DNA of 64,000 nt, from positions 17,422,001 to 17,486,000 of the forward strand of contig NC_043002.1 in NCBI RefSeq assembly GCF_006345805.1. The letters are read 5' to 3'. The DNA is from Octopus sinensis (lineage: Eukaryota). Positions 24,302-37,655 of this stretch are shown one piece after another; position 1 is the first letter of the stretch, and each line of letters begins with the position of its first letter. Made by a program: the position numbers and the translations under genes. The notes under the pieces were generated by a model. It ran no database searches, was not told the DNA's origin, and saw only the letters and a program-made list of their open reading frames with translations.

Positions 24302-24755
24302 GGCGGCGAGCTGGCAGAAAGGTTAGCACGCCCGGCAAAATGCTTAGCAGCGTTCCGTTTGTCTTTACGTTTTGAGTACAAATTGCGCCGAGGTTGATTT
24401 TGCCTTTCATCCTTTCGAGGTCGATTAAATAAGTACCTGTTACATGCTGGGGTAGAATTAATCGACTTAATCCGTTTGTCTCCTCTGTGTGTAGCCCTTT
24501 GTGGGTAGTAAAGAAATAAGAAACGTTAGCACGCCGGGCGAAATGCTTAGTAGTATTTCGTCTGTCTTTACGTTCTGAGTTCAAATTTCGCCCATGTCAA
24601 CTTTGCCCTTCATCATTTTGGGGTTGATAAATTAAGCACCAGTCTCGTACAAGGGTCGATCTAATCGACTGGCCCCTCCCCCAACGATCTAATCCACTAG
24701 CCCCCTCCCCCAAAATTTCGGGCCTTGTGCCTAGAGTAAAAAAGATTATTAATTA
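24302..24755 (+). mobile_element. SINE family A, head-to-tail dimer
   Basis: Two successive units each with GTTAGCACGCC...GAGTTCAAATT...CTTTCATC...GTCGAT; terminal CCCTCCCCCAAAATTTCGGGCCTTGTGCCTAGAGTA. Confidence 0.85.
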
Positions 24756-24873
24756 CTAGCATCGAGATTAGGGTACATAAGTGGAAGGAGTTAATTACTT
24801 CCATCGTAGCAATGGCCATTTTGTGCAGGCTTGTAGTTTGTTAGAGTGAAAATTTTGAAATCTATTTCATATA

Positions 24874-25560
24874 CAGGGTGTTCAAAAAGTCTCCCCGCAA
24901 TAAGTATTTTATTGCCAAATAAATATTTATAAGATGGTATAAGACTACAAAAGAATATATTAGACTTTCCACGATTTAAAAAATTTTGAAGAGGTGTTGA
25001 AAGTGTTGTCCATCATTTTCAGTACATATGTTGAGTCTTCTACAGAGATTTTGAAATACATTAGGATTTTAAAAAATCACTACGTGTAGACCTTTTGAAC
25101 TGTATTTCTCAAAGATAATAGAGTTGTATTTGCACGATCAAATATGTTTCTTGCTTTATATACCTTTCAGGTAATGAATTTGCAGTTAATGTACTTTTGA
25201 GAGGTTGAATTTTTTTTTTAAATATTCGTTAATAGTGGTCCCTTATTTTGTTGTTGTCATTAAACCATGACAAATAATGCTGACGGAAATGGAACCGTCA
25301 ATCTTAATTATATTCTAATTAATTTTTTTTGAAATTATTTAATATTTACCAAGTAAATATACATTGCAGTATGTATAGCATTGATGGGCGTGACAGTAAG
25401 TTACTGACTCCTGTTAACAAAATTGTATTTTCTTGAGAAAGTGTTTCTACTGAGATTTATTTAATTTGTAAAAAATGATATTACCTTCTATGTTTATGAT
25501 AATTAGGGGGTTGGAGGGACTGAGAGATTACTTCTCACACGTCTGTGGTGGCCAAGACAG
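24874..25560 (-). mobile_element. Degenerate Tc1/mariner-superfamily element
   Basis: TA|CAGGGTGTTCAAAAAG terminus; minus-strand C-terminus NVFQNLCRRLNICTENDGQHFQHLF; degraded FxQQD-like region upstream; second TIR not found. Confidence 0.55.
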
Positions 25561-25981
25561 TTGAGAAGAAAGTGCTGTCTGTAGACCGGTTGTTAAACGT
25601 AGCGACTTATGTTGCTGTATGTAAAGTGACATTCACATGTAGTTTAGAGATGGGAGTTATTGATTCTACATTTATAGACGTATTATTATTTTTTAATGAT
25701 TTCGCCAAGAGAAAGCAGCTGTGTCCTTCGTATTGGGGTTCTCTATTCGACATGATTAATGAACGTCTAGGAAATTTACAAGTTAATAGCTGCAGGAACA
25801 AGATTGTTCCTGCAACTATTAACTAGTGACTTGATATTTTAGCGAAGAATGAAGGATAGTCTTGGATAAGTTGAGTCAAACATATGAATGTAATACGAAT
25901 AACGCCTGGAGGAGAAGCGACTCGGTCGGATTTAGGTGAGAGGAGTTCGCACAACAGCAACCAACTACAAAGAATAAAATA

Positions 25982-26869
25982 CCGTAAATCCTCGAGTATA
26001 GTCCGCCCTTGAGTATAATACGCAGGGGATTTTGAGGGGGTTGTACCTCTGAAAATCCTAAACCTTGTGTATAATACGCACCCCTTCTCTAACTTGAGTC
26101 AAAGAAGTCTATATAAAAATGTATACAGTAACGTCCTTTATTATTGCCTTCTTGCCTTCTTCATCTTTGGCATTTGTTTAATTACATCTTTATTTCTTCT
26201 CCATAATCTGGCATTGCTTCCATCAACATCAAATTTTCTTCCGGCGACCCTATTACCATGCTCTTCAGCATATGATATTACTTCAAGTTTAAACATAGTT
26301 GAATAAGATCTACGAGGCAGTTTATGGGCATGTAATGTATAAAATGTTTTATTGGAGATTAATGTACAGGTTTAAGTCCCGCTTATTAAAAAAAAAATAG
26401 TAAAGACCCACTGTAGTTCAAACATTTAATACTAGTATTTAATGAAGTATCTATTTTTTGCCATGGTAATGATGACAACTGCCAATACAAAGAGCAAGAT
26501 GAATTATTTAGCGCTAAACTATTAAGCACAATTCGTGCGTAATTAAGACAGCAGCACCTAGTCGAAGAAACACCTCTGCGCATGCGTAATACAATAATGG
26601 CAATGTTCTTAACTGTTATATGGGAATGTAAATATGTTTGCAAGTTGTTTTTCTTGTTATTCTGTGTTCTGAATACTTTTATTTTAATATATGTTGCTTA
26701 CTGCAAGTTATGGATGATTCGTTTATGACTTCAATGCTTTCAGGCTTAGCTTAAGGTATTTTCGCACCCGACATCACAAAATGCGTCCGAATAAAAATTG
26801 CCGTACGCACTAGGGATCTTGACATTTACATTCTGGGGGAAAATGCGGATTATACTCGAAGATTTACGG
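25982..26869 (-). mobile_element. Internally deleted pogo-type DNA transposon
   Basis: TIR CCGTAAATCCTCGAGTATAGTCCGC / CCGTAAATCTTCGAGTATAATCCGC; TA TSDs; minus-strand LPRRSYSTMFKLEVISYAEEHGNRVAGRKFDVDGSNARLWRRNK (pogo-type N-terminal HTH) at about 26140-26320. Confidence 0.88.
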
Positions 26870-27131
26870 TAATATAGTAGGGTGTATGTGTTTTAAATGC
26901 CTCTTTCTAATCAGTGATAAAATACTGAAATTGGAGTCGCTCACCTGGTTAAATAAGGAAAGTTTGAAGATGGTGCTATACATACAGTATATTTCTTCGC
27001 TTTACACATAATGATATGTTACAGAACAGACACTCTTGCCATGATTTTATGTTATTTGAAATCAGGTTTGCTGGAAATCCTGCGTTTTTATGTCAATTAT
27101 TTCTAGAAATATATTTTCATCACCCTTGAAC

Positions 27132-27535
27132 TTACTCTTTTACTTGTTTCAGTCATTTAACTGTGGCCATGCTGGAGCACCGCCTTTAGTCGAGCATATC
27201 GACTCCAGGCCTTATTCTTTGTAAGGCTAGTACTTATTCTATCAGCCTTTTTGCCGAACCGCTATGTTACGGAGACGTAAACACACCAGCATCGGTTGTC
27301 AAGCGACGTTGGAAGGACAAACACAGACACACAAATATATACACACACATACATATATGTATACATATATTCGACGGGTTTCTTTCAGTTTCCGTCTACC
27401 AAATCCATTCACAAAGCATTGGTCGGCCCGAGGCTATAGTAGAAGACACCTGCCCATGGTGCCACGCAGTGGGACTGAACTCGGAACCATGCGGTTCGTA
27501 AGCAAGCTACTTACCATGCAGACACTACTACGCCT
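27132..27535 (-). mobile_element. SINE family B
   Basis: Complete head, internal microsatellite and (AAAAGAGT) tail. Confidence 0.9.
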
Positions 27536-28072
27536 ATAACTTACAGAAGTTTAGTAGTTGTCAATGCACAAGACTTTCGATACTTCAGTCGCTGTTTAAT
27601 TTCTACTGATTAAATAGCATAAAAATATTCATAGATGCACACATACGCACAGTAGAAGGTGCTATTAGTTTATAGTTATATGAATTAGGCAAACTCTACG
27701 AATTAAATAATGTATACCAGGTAATGAATATATGGTATTGTTGTACCTCGGGATGGCCAACTTGTTTTTTGCCAAAATAACACGAGCTAATTATTTGTTC
27801 TTCACTCGTTTATTACTGCTCTTTTTCTAACTCATGTCCATTGTCCCGAAAATTGTCGTCACACCCCTGTGACCTCTTCAGCGACAATTTTCGTTGTCGC
27901 TTGTTCTCTTGCTCCACTTATTTCATCTGCTCTTATATGTTGTGTATCCTTAGGTGCGTATGAGTGTGTATTCTTTTGTGTGTGGATGTGTGCGTTTATG
28001 TTTGTGTGTGTATTCTTGTGTGTGTATATGTTTTTGTATGTGCATTGTTCTTAGTAGTAGTATGATATTCAC

Positions 28073-28223
28073 CTTAGCCCCATCCTCCTCCACCGTTATC
28101 TTTGCTACAGTCCTAGGACACGAACATTTGGTGCAGTTCCTGTAACTCTCTGCGTTTCTGTATTCGCCCACGATTCTGCCATCGTGGTAGTCGTTGTTGC
28201 TGTTGTTAATGCCATCTTCCTTA
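28073..28223 (-). CDS. Candidate host internal exon (151 nt), product unknown
   Basis: Acceptor TTTTTGTTATCTTAG, donor AAG|GTGAAT; only one open frame: KEDGINNSNNDYHDGRIVGEYRNAESYRNCTKCSCPRTVAKITVEEDGAK. Confidence 0.3.
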
Positions 28224-31200
28224 CTAAGATAACAAAAATTAATTCAGGATGTGCTGATTGCGAATGTTATACATAAGGGGGCTTTGCTATTTTCCAGAAG
28301 GTAGAGACTGGTTAAATGAGAAAAGATCTAAGCAGAACAATCTCTCTTATCTACGAGTGATTTTGTATCACTATGTGTGTACAATGATTTAGCAGTAGCT
28401 AAACTGTAGTTTCTATGATTTATATCTTTGAGCTGATTTCACGTGAAAGAATGATCTCAATTGCACCACGCAAATATAGTATAGAATATTTACCAAATGC
28501 TAAACCCGTAGATATGTTCAGGTCTCGGTGATACATTATATTGTTAGGCGCTATTGGATTTTACTCCTGTATCTACACATTATTTGGGTGGAACGTCCTG
28601 TACTTTCTGAAGGAAGGAAACTCAGGTCTCTTTAGTCTTTATTCATATAATCAGTCAAGAAGTTTCTTGTTATTACTGATAACATAATCCCCGTTATTCG
28701 GCAAATCATTAAATCCTCGTGTGTAAAAGTTCAACAACTTTCGGATCGAAGAAACATTCAATATCATTTTTAACAAATTCAAAATTGATGCAATATTGTC
28801 CCTCTAAATGATGTTGCAATGATCTGAGAAGGTAATAACCAGTCTTGTATAGGGATCTTTTACATGCATTTCAAAAGAGGTAAATCGACACAAAATTTAA
28901 CCATGTGCTAACCATGTGAAAAGAAATGAAAAACCAAAAATACTTAGTGCATATTTTACCGTGGGAATTGACAAAATCGCCACCGAAGTGGTCATATAAA
29001 AAACGTGACAGGACACTGTATCCATCTCAATATATAGGAGCTACAAATATTGCGAATATATTTAGGAATAAATGATGCAGGTACGAACAAATAAACCAAG
29101 CAAGCTCACATAAACATTTGTGTCTACATTTTCACAAACATATCCACATTTTAATTATCAATATTTGATTTATTTCATGCCATCAAGCAATTACTGCTGT
29201 TTTATCTTTCAATGTTTCATTAATCATAGCCTAATCAAATTAACTTCATTGACAACTTGAAATTGAAGCCATAGCAAATAGAAAATTTAATTGAGATTTT
29301 TACTTATATAAGTGTATAATTAAATTCAATCCACAAAAGAGGACTGCTAAGCTCGCAAAGTCCTGAGGGATATAGATCTTAGAGTTATCTCAATAAAATG
29401 CTGCAAGTTGTACAGGAATAGCTATTATAAACAGCTCTAACACTGGGAAGTATCTAATTATAACTCATTAGACTAAAATGAATCAACCCTTGGTTTGAGG
29501 AAACTCTGCCAACACTCCGAATCTAATCCCTTGTTGTATATTCAGCTTCTTTTGGAAACAGATCTTTATTTCATACTCTTTTACCTTCCTTCTTCTCTCC
29601 CTTGTGTCTTACTCTCTAGCTCGTTTCTGTGCATTTTACTTTCTTCCAATCACACATATTTCCTTTTGTCATCTTCTGTTCGCCATTATTCACTGAATAT
29701 CATTCAAATAATTTTCCCTCGGGTTTTTTCTTTTGCATTTCACTTATAATTTTGTTCTTTTTATATTCTGAATTGACTTTATTCTTTTAGTTTTAATTTT
29801 TCTTCTTCTAAATATTCTACAAATAACTTTGAAAATCGGTAGTTTACTGCTATACAGAGTCTTTTCCACCGCCGGGAGCGAAATCTGTCAAGAATTAATG
29901 GTCATTCGTAAAATCAAAATCGACAGAGTGAGTTATGGGAAATCTCCAACGACCTCTGTAATGTTGGAATCATTGTAACAGATACTTCATCATCAGTATT
30001 GTTTTTTTCTTTAGGATCACTCGTGAAAGTATTTGGTTGAACATCCTTTTATTGCCATTGGGTTAAATGGTTCTAACTCGCTGAAATCCTTTGAAAGTAA
30101 ACCTCCCAGTTTAGTGAGTAAACATGTTTTCTTTTAAACAATACCAGGAGTCCTCTTAAAGTCAGCTTAGAAGCCAACTCCCTCAACAGGCATCCTGCCA
30201 GAGAGAAAAAGAGATTTCTCTTTGCTTGGAGCATATCGGGGGCAGCCGAATCAGCTAGTGCATTATTTTCTACCATCCAATAACGAACTCTCCTGCCCCA
30301 CCCCACGCAATTCTATAACATATGCAGAATTTTGAGATCATAAAAGCCTCTGATCGTAGTTTCAAAAAATACAACAAATATGTATAAACATTTATTAAAT
30401 GTTTAATCTCCCATTCCAGAATCCCTGCATTTCATTATGTCTAATTCCTTATAGTAATTAGTTTCTTATTCTCTTATTACTCCAAATATCTTTGTCTGCT
30501 GTTCACCTCTAAGTTAATAATCTATTTCTATTGCTTTCTGAACTCTTCGAACTACCTTTAATTATATGACTTTTTTCTCTGCCACTGGATTTAAAAGGAT
30601 TATCTCAGGTGAAATAACATTAAATAAGTTATCTTTTTCTTGTCCCATTTCAAACCGTATATATATATATATATATATAATGCATTAATTCCCTTAAAAC
30701 AAACGAAAACAACATAATTCCTACCGTATTCAATAGAGGAACTCTCTTCAAAGTACTTACATTTTAATGATAATTTCCCTGTCAGGGAAATGTGTTGTTT
30801 GGATATTTTCACAGTCACATGTGTCTGTGTTTACAGTCAAGTATTCAGAATAGATATCTCCTACCATTGGTTCGAATTGACACGAGTTCTGAAGGAAACT
30901 GGATAAAGAAAAAGTAACTGAAATCCTGCTGAACAACACTTCTTACTGGATAAACCTAAAATATCTTAAAATCTCCACCTAGCCCCTGATGTTTTAGCAA
31001 AGATCTTTCCCTTATTATTCGAACCAGTTTTCAATCCTGAGCATGGCCCAATATATTCAATAGCCTCTTCCTCATACAACAAAATACCACGTGGTACTCT
31101 ATTTATCGTTCTACCTTTCGATTTAACATTCTCAAATGTTAAAGATGCTGATAGTCTTCCTCGAAATAAGGAATAACGAAATATGCCACGAAGGTCTCCG

Positions 31201-31564
31201 AACAATGATGTCCTCCAATTCCAGTGACCAGCCGCATTTCTTACTAAACCACCGTTAGTCTACCTCTACCGTAGGATTACGTCATATAAAACGAAATCTT
31301 CCAATCCTGCAGGAATGGTCTTATTTATTCAAACCCCATAGACAGATCAATTGAGATGATACCATTGTTGATTCTCCATCATTTCTATATACAAATGTCT
31401 TTTTGGAGGCGTGCATTATTAATGAAAATATTGTCACACTTATTCTCTGTCTCCTTTATTATTTTTTATTGGTTTCCATTCCACATTTGTGAAGAGCTCT
31501 GCTATCGACACCTCATATATAAACTCTTAAAGACATTGGATATATATATACATACATATTTTTT

Positions 31565-31738
31565 TTTCTAGTTTCAGCTCAGAGCTGCGGCCATGCTGAG
31601 GCACCGCCGTTTAAAGAAAGTTGTGGCGAAAGCCTCGTGGAATTTTTAGGTGTTTTCGCTCAATAAACACACACAACGCCCGGCGTGGGAATTCAAACAG
31701 CGATCCTCCGACCACGAATCCGCTGCTCTAACCACTGG

Positions 31739-31742
<4 letters not shown>
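31565..31742 (-). mobile_element. tRNA-derived SINE with CR1-type tail
   Basis: A box TGGCCCAGTGGTTAGAG, degenerate B box TGTTTGAATTCCC; tail GGCGGTGCCTCAGCATGGCCGCAGCTCTGAGCTGAAACTAG(A)n. Confidence 0.8.
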
Positions 31743-31797
<55 letters not shown>

Positions 31798-32754
31798 ATT
31801 TTCTGTACCGTGATGAATAAGATCAACAAAAGTACTCCATCCTGCTACTACTACTTTCATGCAGGACAGACATGATAATTTGGAAAATTTATGTAACGTG
31901 CCATGTGATTGTAAATAATTTTTTATAGCTCAATGTATACCGTTGGTCCTATTTGAAAAAACACGATGCTCGTCTACGAGAAAATATGAGAAAAATGAGG
32001 AAATAAGCGAGGAAGTTCATGCGAAAAGTAGGACCAGAAGAACGAGAATAATACTAAAAACAAGATTTCTATCCACTTTCTCTATAGAAATCATACTCAA
32101 ACTAGCTGCAGAAATCATATTTAATCTAGATTAATTATAAGAGAGGGTGGTGCTCTCCAGTTCGACAAAAAACATTTGTGAATGTGCTTCCATTTGCTAA
32201 AAATTCCAGATGTTTTATTGGTTAATGTAGTAGAATTCTTCAATTTAATTTACAAAGGATGTGCCATCTTTTCCGTACACATTACTAGCATCATTTTGAT
32301 TCGTTTATAAATGGCGTAAACTGCTCCACAATTCGTCAGTATTCTCCAATTTATTGATTATGGTGTTCATTTGGTTTTCAGCCCTTATATATGGCCAGTC
32401 AACTTAGTGGATTTATTTTTAACAATTTGTCACAAAGATGACAGCTTTTAAAATTGCCGTCGCATATACCGATGTAATTTTCATTTTCAATTTTATTTTG
32501 TGGGAGCACTTCTGTGATTTCAGCTTTATCAACAACTGAGTTTATCGAACACCGCTGATCGAGCGATCAAGATTCAGACTGAGTGTGTCCTCTTGGTCTG
32601 ACTTGCAGATAATAACGTCATTCATACTGAAACAGCGTGGAAGAGGTTAAGAAAAAAATAAGCAAAACATGAACTTGACTATATTGAGACCAATGGTTCA
32701 AAAAAATATTCGTGGAACTTAAAAATTAAAGCTTTCATTAAGTCACTAAGTTGA

Positions 32755-33150
32755 AATACAACTGACCACATAACTGTGTGGAATCACAAGGAAAAAATAC
32801 TCTCCGTTGTGGAAATCACCTCAATTTTGAACCCCAATATTGTTAGAAAAATACATGACAAAGAGGACATCTATGCACCATAGAGAAGAGTTTGCAAGAC
32901 ACGTACCAAAGATACACTATCAGGTTCATATATATTATTATTGGAGAAAAAGGATATGCTCCGACCCGTGTGGAACAAAATACGGCTGAACCGCAACACC
33001 TTAATTCAGACGCTACAAGTGTTCGCCGATGTAAACATCTACAAAACCATCTTAATAATTTAAAATGATTAACACAGCAAGACGCATTCATTCACTGCCG
33101 TATAACGAAGAAGGTTAGAATTCTTAATTAAAAAACGGTAGTGAACATAC
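32755..33150 (+). mobile_element. 3' fragment of RLE-type non-LTR retrotransposon, copy 3
   Basis: ITVWNHKEKILSVVEITSILNPNIVRKIHDKEDIYAP*.../YTIRFIYIIIGEKGYAP.../IQTLQVFADVNIYKTIL, same motif order as copies 1 and 2. Confidence 0.6.
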
Positions 33151-33181
33151 AAACATTCATCCATACATAAATATATATACT

Positions 33182-33267
<86 letters not shown>

Positions 33268-33602
33268 CTATGTATATATATACAAACATTCAGACAGATA
33301 GACGGACAGATGGAGACACGGACAGAGAAACACAGCAGTATTTTGTTGATATTACATCGGTATGTGATTGCCAAAATATGTCCTTGCGTACAGCGATGCA
33401 TGTTTGTTGTTTCTTAATTCATGTTAATCAACAGTAATTCTCAGAAGGCATAAAGGAAAATCTGCAAACGATTGCAATATTTCGAGTATGCAACGTGGTC
33501 ATGTACATTGAGGAATATGGTAAGCAACTGTATATACCATAAAAAATAAATTAACAAGAATTAAATGCACACACACACATATATACATACGTACGCACTA
33601 GC

Positions 33603-33642
<40 letters not shown>

Positions 33643-33645
<3 letters not shown>

Positions 33646-33926
33646 AAATACTGAGTTTCTAAATCTCTCGTAGAGAGGTGTACGGTGGTGGAGCGATATA
33701 ATGGTTGTATACTGTCAATCTAACAAGAACGTGACAGTAGGGGGTACACCACCGTTATATAGCCCTAGGAGGCATCGAACGCCTCCTGACAGCTTATATG
33801 TGTATATAAGGACACAGGATAAAATGTGTCGAAGCTGTCAGGAGGCGTTCGATGCCTCCTAGGGCTATATAACGGTGGTGTACCCCCTACTGTCACGTTC
33901 TTGTTAGATTGACAGTATACAACGAT

Positions 33927-33930
<4 letters not shown>
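33643..33930. repeat. Foldback element with 92-bp perfect inverted repeat, between (TA)n tracts
   Basis: Arms 33704-33795 and 33832-33923, 36-nt spacer. Confidence 0.92.
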
Positions 33931-33999
<69 letters not shown>

Positions 34000-34061
34000 T
34001 ATTTACATATATATTCATATATATGTGCATACACATGAATAAGTATATATATATATATATC

Positions 34062-34107
<46 letters not shown>

Positions 34108-34108
34108 G

Positions 34109-34172
<64 letters not shown>

Positions 34173-34227
34173 TAGTTAGATACATTATATACATATATAT
34201 GTGTATGCACATGTGTTCTAATATATA

Positions 34228-34390
34228 GGCGTAGGAGTGACTGTGTGGTAAGTAGCTTGCTTAGCAACCACATGGTACCGGGTTCAGTCCCACTGCGTGG
34301 CACCTTGCTCAAGTATCTTCTGCTATAGCCTCGGGCCGACCAAAGCCCTGAGTGGATTTGATAGACGGAAACTGAAAGAAGCCCGTCGTA

Positions 34391-34447
<57 letters not shown>

Positions 34448-34658
34448 ATATGTTTGTGTGTCTGTGTTTGTCCCCCCAACATCGCTTGACAACCGATGCT
34501 GGTGTGTTTACGTCCCCGTAACTTAGCGGTTCGGCAAAAGAGACCGATAGAATAAGGCTTACAAAGAATAAGACATGGGGTCGATTTGCTCGCCTAAAGG
34601 CGGTGCTCCAGCATGGCCACAGTGAAATGACTGAAACAAATAAAAGAGTAAAAGAGTA
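34228..34658 (+). mobile_element. SINE family B (CORE-like), complete
   Basis: GGCGTAGGAGTGACTGTGTGGTAAG head, GGTTCAGTCCC B box, CORE-like GGCACCTTGCTCAAGT, internal (TA)n, tail (AAAAGAGT)n. Confidence 0.92.
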
Positions 34659-36251
34659 TGTGCACACATATGTGTGTGAATGCGTATAAATACATTCATC
34701 CATACATGTATATTTCACTGATATCTTAATACCGTGCAAAATCGTTAAAGAGAAATCTCACCACCAAAAGTAATGCGCTTAATGAGTTTAGCCGTATTCT
34801 ATCATCATTTCCTTTGACGATGTATTTCTTAATATTATTCCAAATACTCCAAAAGAAAGTCATTTCAGACAGAATAACAGAACAGAGCGAAGTCTTATTC
34901 AGTTCAAAATGTATTTCTACCTAATTAACTCTGGTAGCATCGATCACAAACTAATGTAAGAACAATGAGAAACGCCTCTGAAGAGGTCACGGCGTATAAG
35001 TGGAACGTGTACATAACTACAAGTAAGACCCTTACAATTGCTGTCAATATTAACATTCAACCTTTGGATATCCAGTTTAGGAATATTGTAACGGAACGAA
35101 GTGTTAGACAAACAGGAGGCGGGGGACGTATTTAACAAGTATCAGATATTTGTAAAATTATGTATGCCGTGCAATGTAGCGTCTAAGTAATTACTTTGAG
35201 GTCAGAGTTCAGAAGAAATTTGCAAATATTTACAAGTGTGATTAAATAATACATTTCGGTGTATAATTTGTGTATGCAGAGATCTCGATTGAATGCATAA
35301 ACAATACACAAATAGGGATATAAATGATAAACTAACAATATATGAATACACGTATATTCACACACAGACAAATATACCAACATACGCAATGGCATATGCA
35401 TGCACGCAATGTATGTGTGTGGGTGGCTGTATGTATATATGTGTAGGTATGTATATTATGTATATGTATATATATATGTGTGTGTGTGTGTCTGTGTGTG
35501 TATGTGTGTGTATCTGTGTGTGTGTGTCTGTGTGTGTATGTGAATATATATATACATATATATACATATACATTCTTATATATAAATATATATATATGTA
35601 TTATATCTATAATAGATATATATATATATAATATATATGTGTATAAGAGATGTAATTTATATATACCTATATATATATACACAAGCATATATAAATATAT
35701 ATGTATATATATATATATAAAACGAGAGAGAGGAAGAAAGAGATAGATAGATGCAGAGAGACAGAGAGACAGAGAGAGAGATGATAGATAGACAGATAGA
35801 TAGATAGATAGGTAAACAAATATACATACATGCATACGTGTGTATATGCGTTTTTGTGTGCCTCTGTAACAGACCGATCATACCTTCATACGCACACACA
35901 TGCACACGGAAATATACACACAAATATAGACACATATTCAGAAGGACACATATGCAGATATATGAGAGAAACAAGAGAGAGACAGAGACAGAGAGAGAGA
36001 GGTTAGAAGATGAGAAAGAGAGCCAAATAAAGATGAGGAGATTGGAAAACAATGTTAATACTTGAAACCTTATAATAATACATGTAATCTTCGATATAAT
36101 CATATACAAGCAAGCTCATACATTCATATACGTGTGTTTTCTTGTTTGCGTGTGTCGTGAACGACCACATATACATTTATGGAGAAATATATCCATACAC
36201 ATATGAATATATATATATAAATATGTGTGTGTATTCATATGCACATACAAA

Positions 36252-36305
<54 letters not shown>

Positions 36306-37040
36306 GAGAGAGAGAGAGAGAGAGATACACACACAGACACACAGACACACACATACATACATATAAATATATATATATATACACTTGTACGTATACCATC
36401 ATATCTTTGTAAGAATATATGTATGCATGGCTCTTGGCTGTATTCACATATTTGTAAGTATGAGATATTTCCTAATATTTTTGCATAAATAATATTCAAG
36501 AGCACCAAAGGCGAGAACTTTATAGAAGAGGAGGATTAGACGACGAGATAAACATTTAATAAATAGAATTTCCCTTCCAATATTCAAAAGGTTAAAAGAT
36601 CATCTGGCAGATATCCTACAAGAGGAAGTACTTGCTCACTGTAGTGCTATTGTATACTCAATTAAATTTACGAATTTAGCCGAAATACAATAACACGTTC
36701 ACAATTCTATGAATCAATAGTATTAAGCGCTGAGAATGTTTTTCATTAATCATTTTATCAATTTATCAACTTATCAATGACCACTACGCTGAATGGTTTT
36801 CCTTCATGCACTTTTACAACGCATTAATATAGAATGATTTTTAATAGAGATCATTTCTATACTAAAGATTCAAGCCATATAATATTTATGGTAATGTAAT
36901 CTATCAATCAATTTATAATCGTTTCGTTTCTCCAAATACTTCCCTATACTACATCCTACATCAACAGTCAAATATTGTCACACAGAAACAGATACCAACA
37001 ACAAGAGATACACACGCTTGGACACGCACATGTGTATGTA

Positions 37041-37081
<41 letters not shown>

Positions 37082-37112
37082 TGTGTGTGTGTGTGTATAC
37101 GAATTGTGTATA

Positions 37113-37655
37113 CGAGTTGTGTCTCAAAAATATCCGAAATTTTCCGATAAACTAATGCTGCGTTGGCAAAACATTGTAAGTGGGAGTGACGCCAATCTTC
37201 TTGCGTTTGGATGAAACATTTTGAGCCTCTAGGCTGCGTCAGATTCCGCCTGAAGAATAGATTTCTAGAGCACGATTGTTGGGTCTCCGTATTCACCGAA
37301 GGCATCAAGCAGATATATTGCAGTTCTGCCAAGAGATTCGTGTTGCTCCAACTCAAACCATTCTGAAAATCCTGTGGGCTTGACGATGATGACCGTTTCA
37401 GAAATGGCTGCCTCATAGTAGAGAGCAATGTACTGTCAGACAGGTCAACCACAAGCCGAAACGAGGAACCGATTCAGAAGGCTCGGCGATTAGTCATGAA
37501 AACCCTTCATGTAACAATCCAGGAAATAGCTTACGAAGTGAGAATGAGCACATGATCAATGCAATCTATTTTAACAGAGGATGTGTGCATACGGAAAGTG
37601 CCAATGTAATTTGCCCCCAAAGCGTTGGCGGAGCAATAGACACAACTACGCATGA
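37113..37655 (+). mobile_element. Degenerate mariner 5' fragment
   Basis: TA|CGAG start; RFRNGCLIVESNVLSDRSTTSRNEEPIQKARRLV...TIQEIAYEV...RKV..FAPKAL, alignable to the mariner N-terminal region. Confidence 0.7.

Noticed and set aside
31060-31110. AAA ATPase (VPRGILLY) or picorna-like capsid (YSLFRGRL) assignment
   Set aside because: No Walker A follows, and these short motifs can arise by chance; kept only as an unassigned decayed block.
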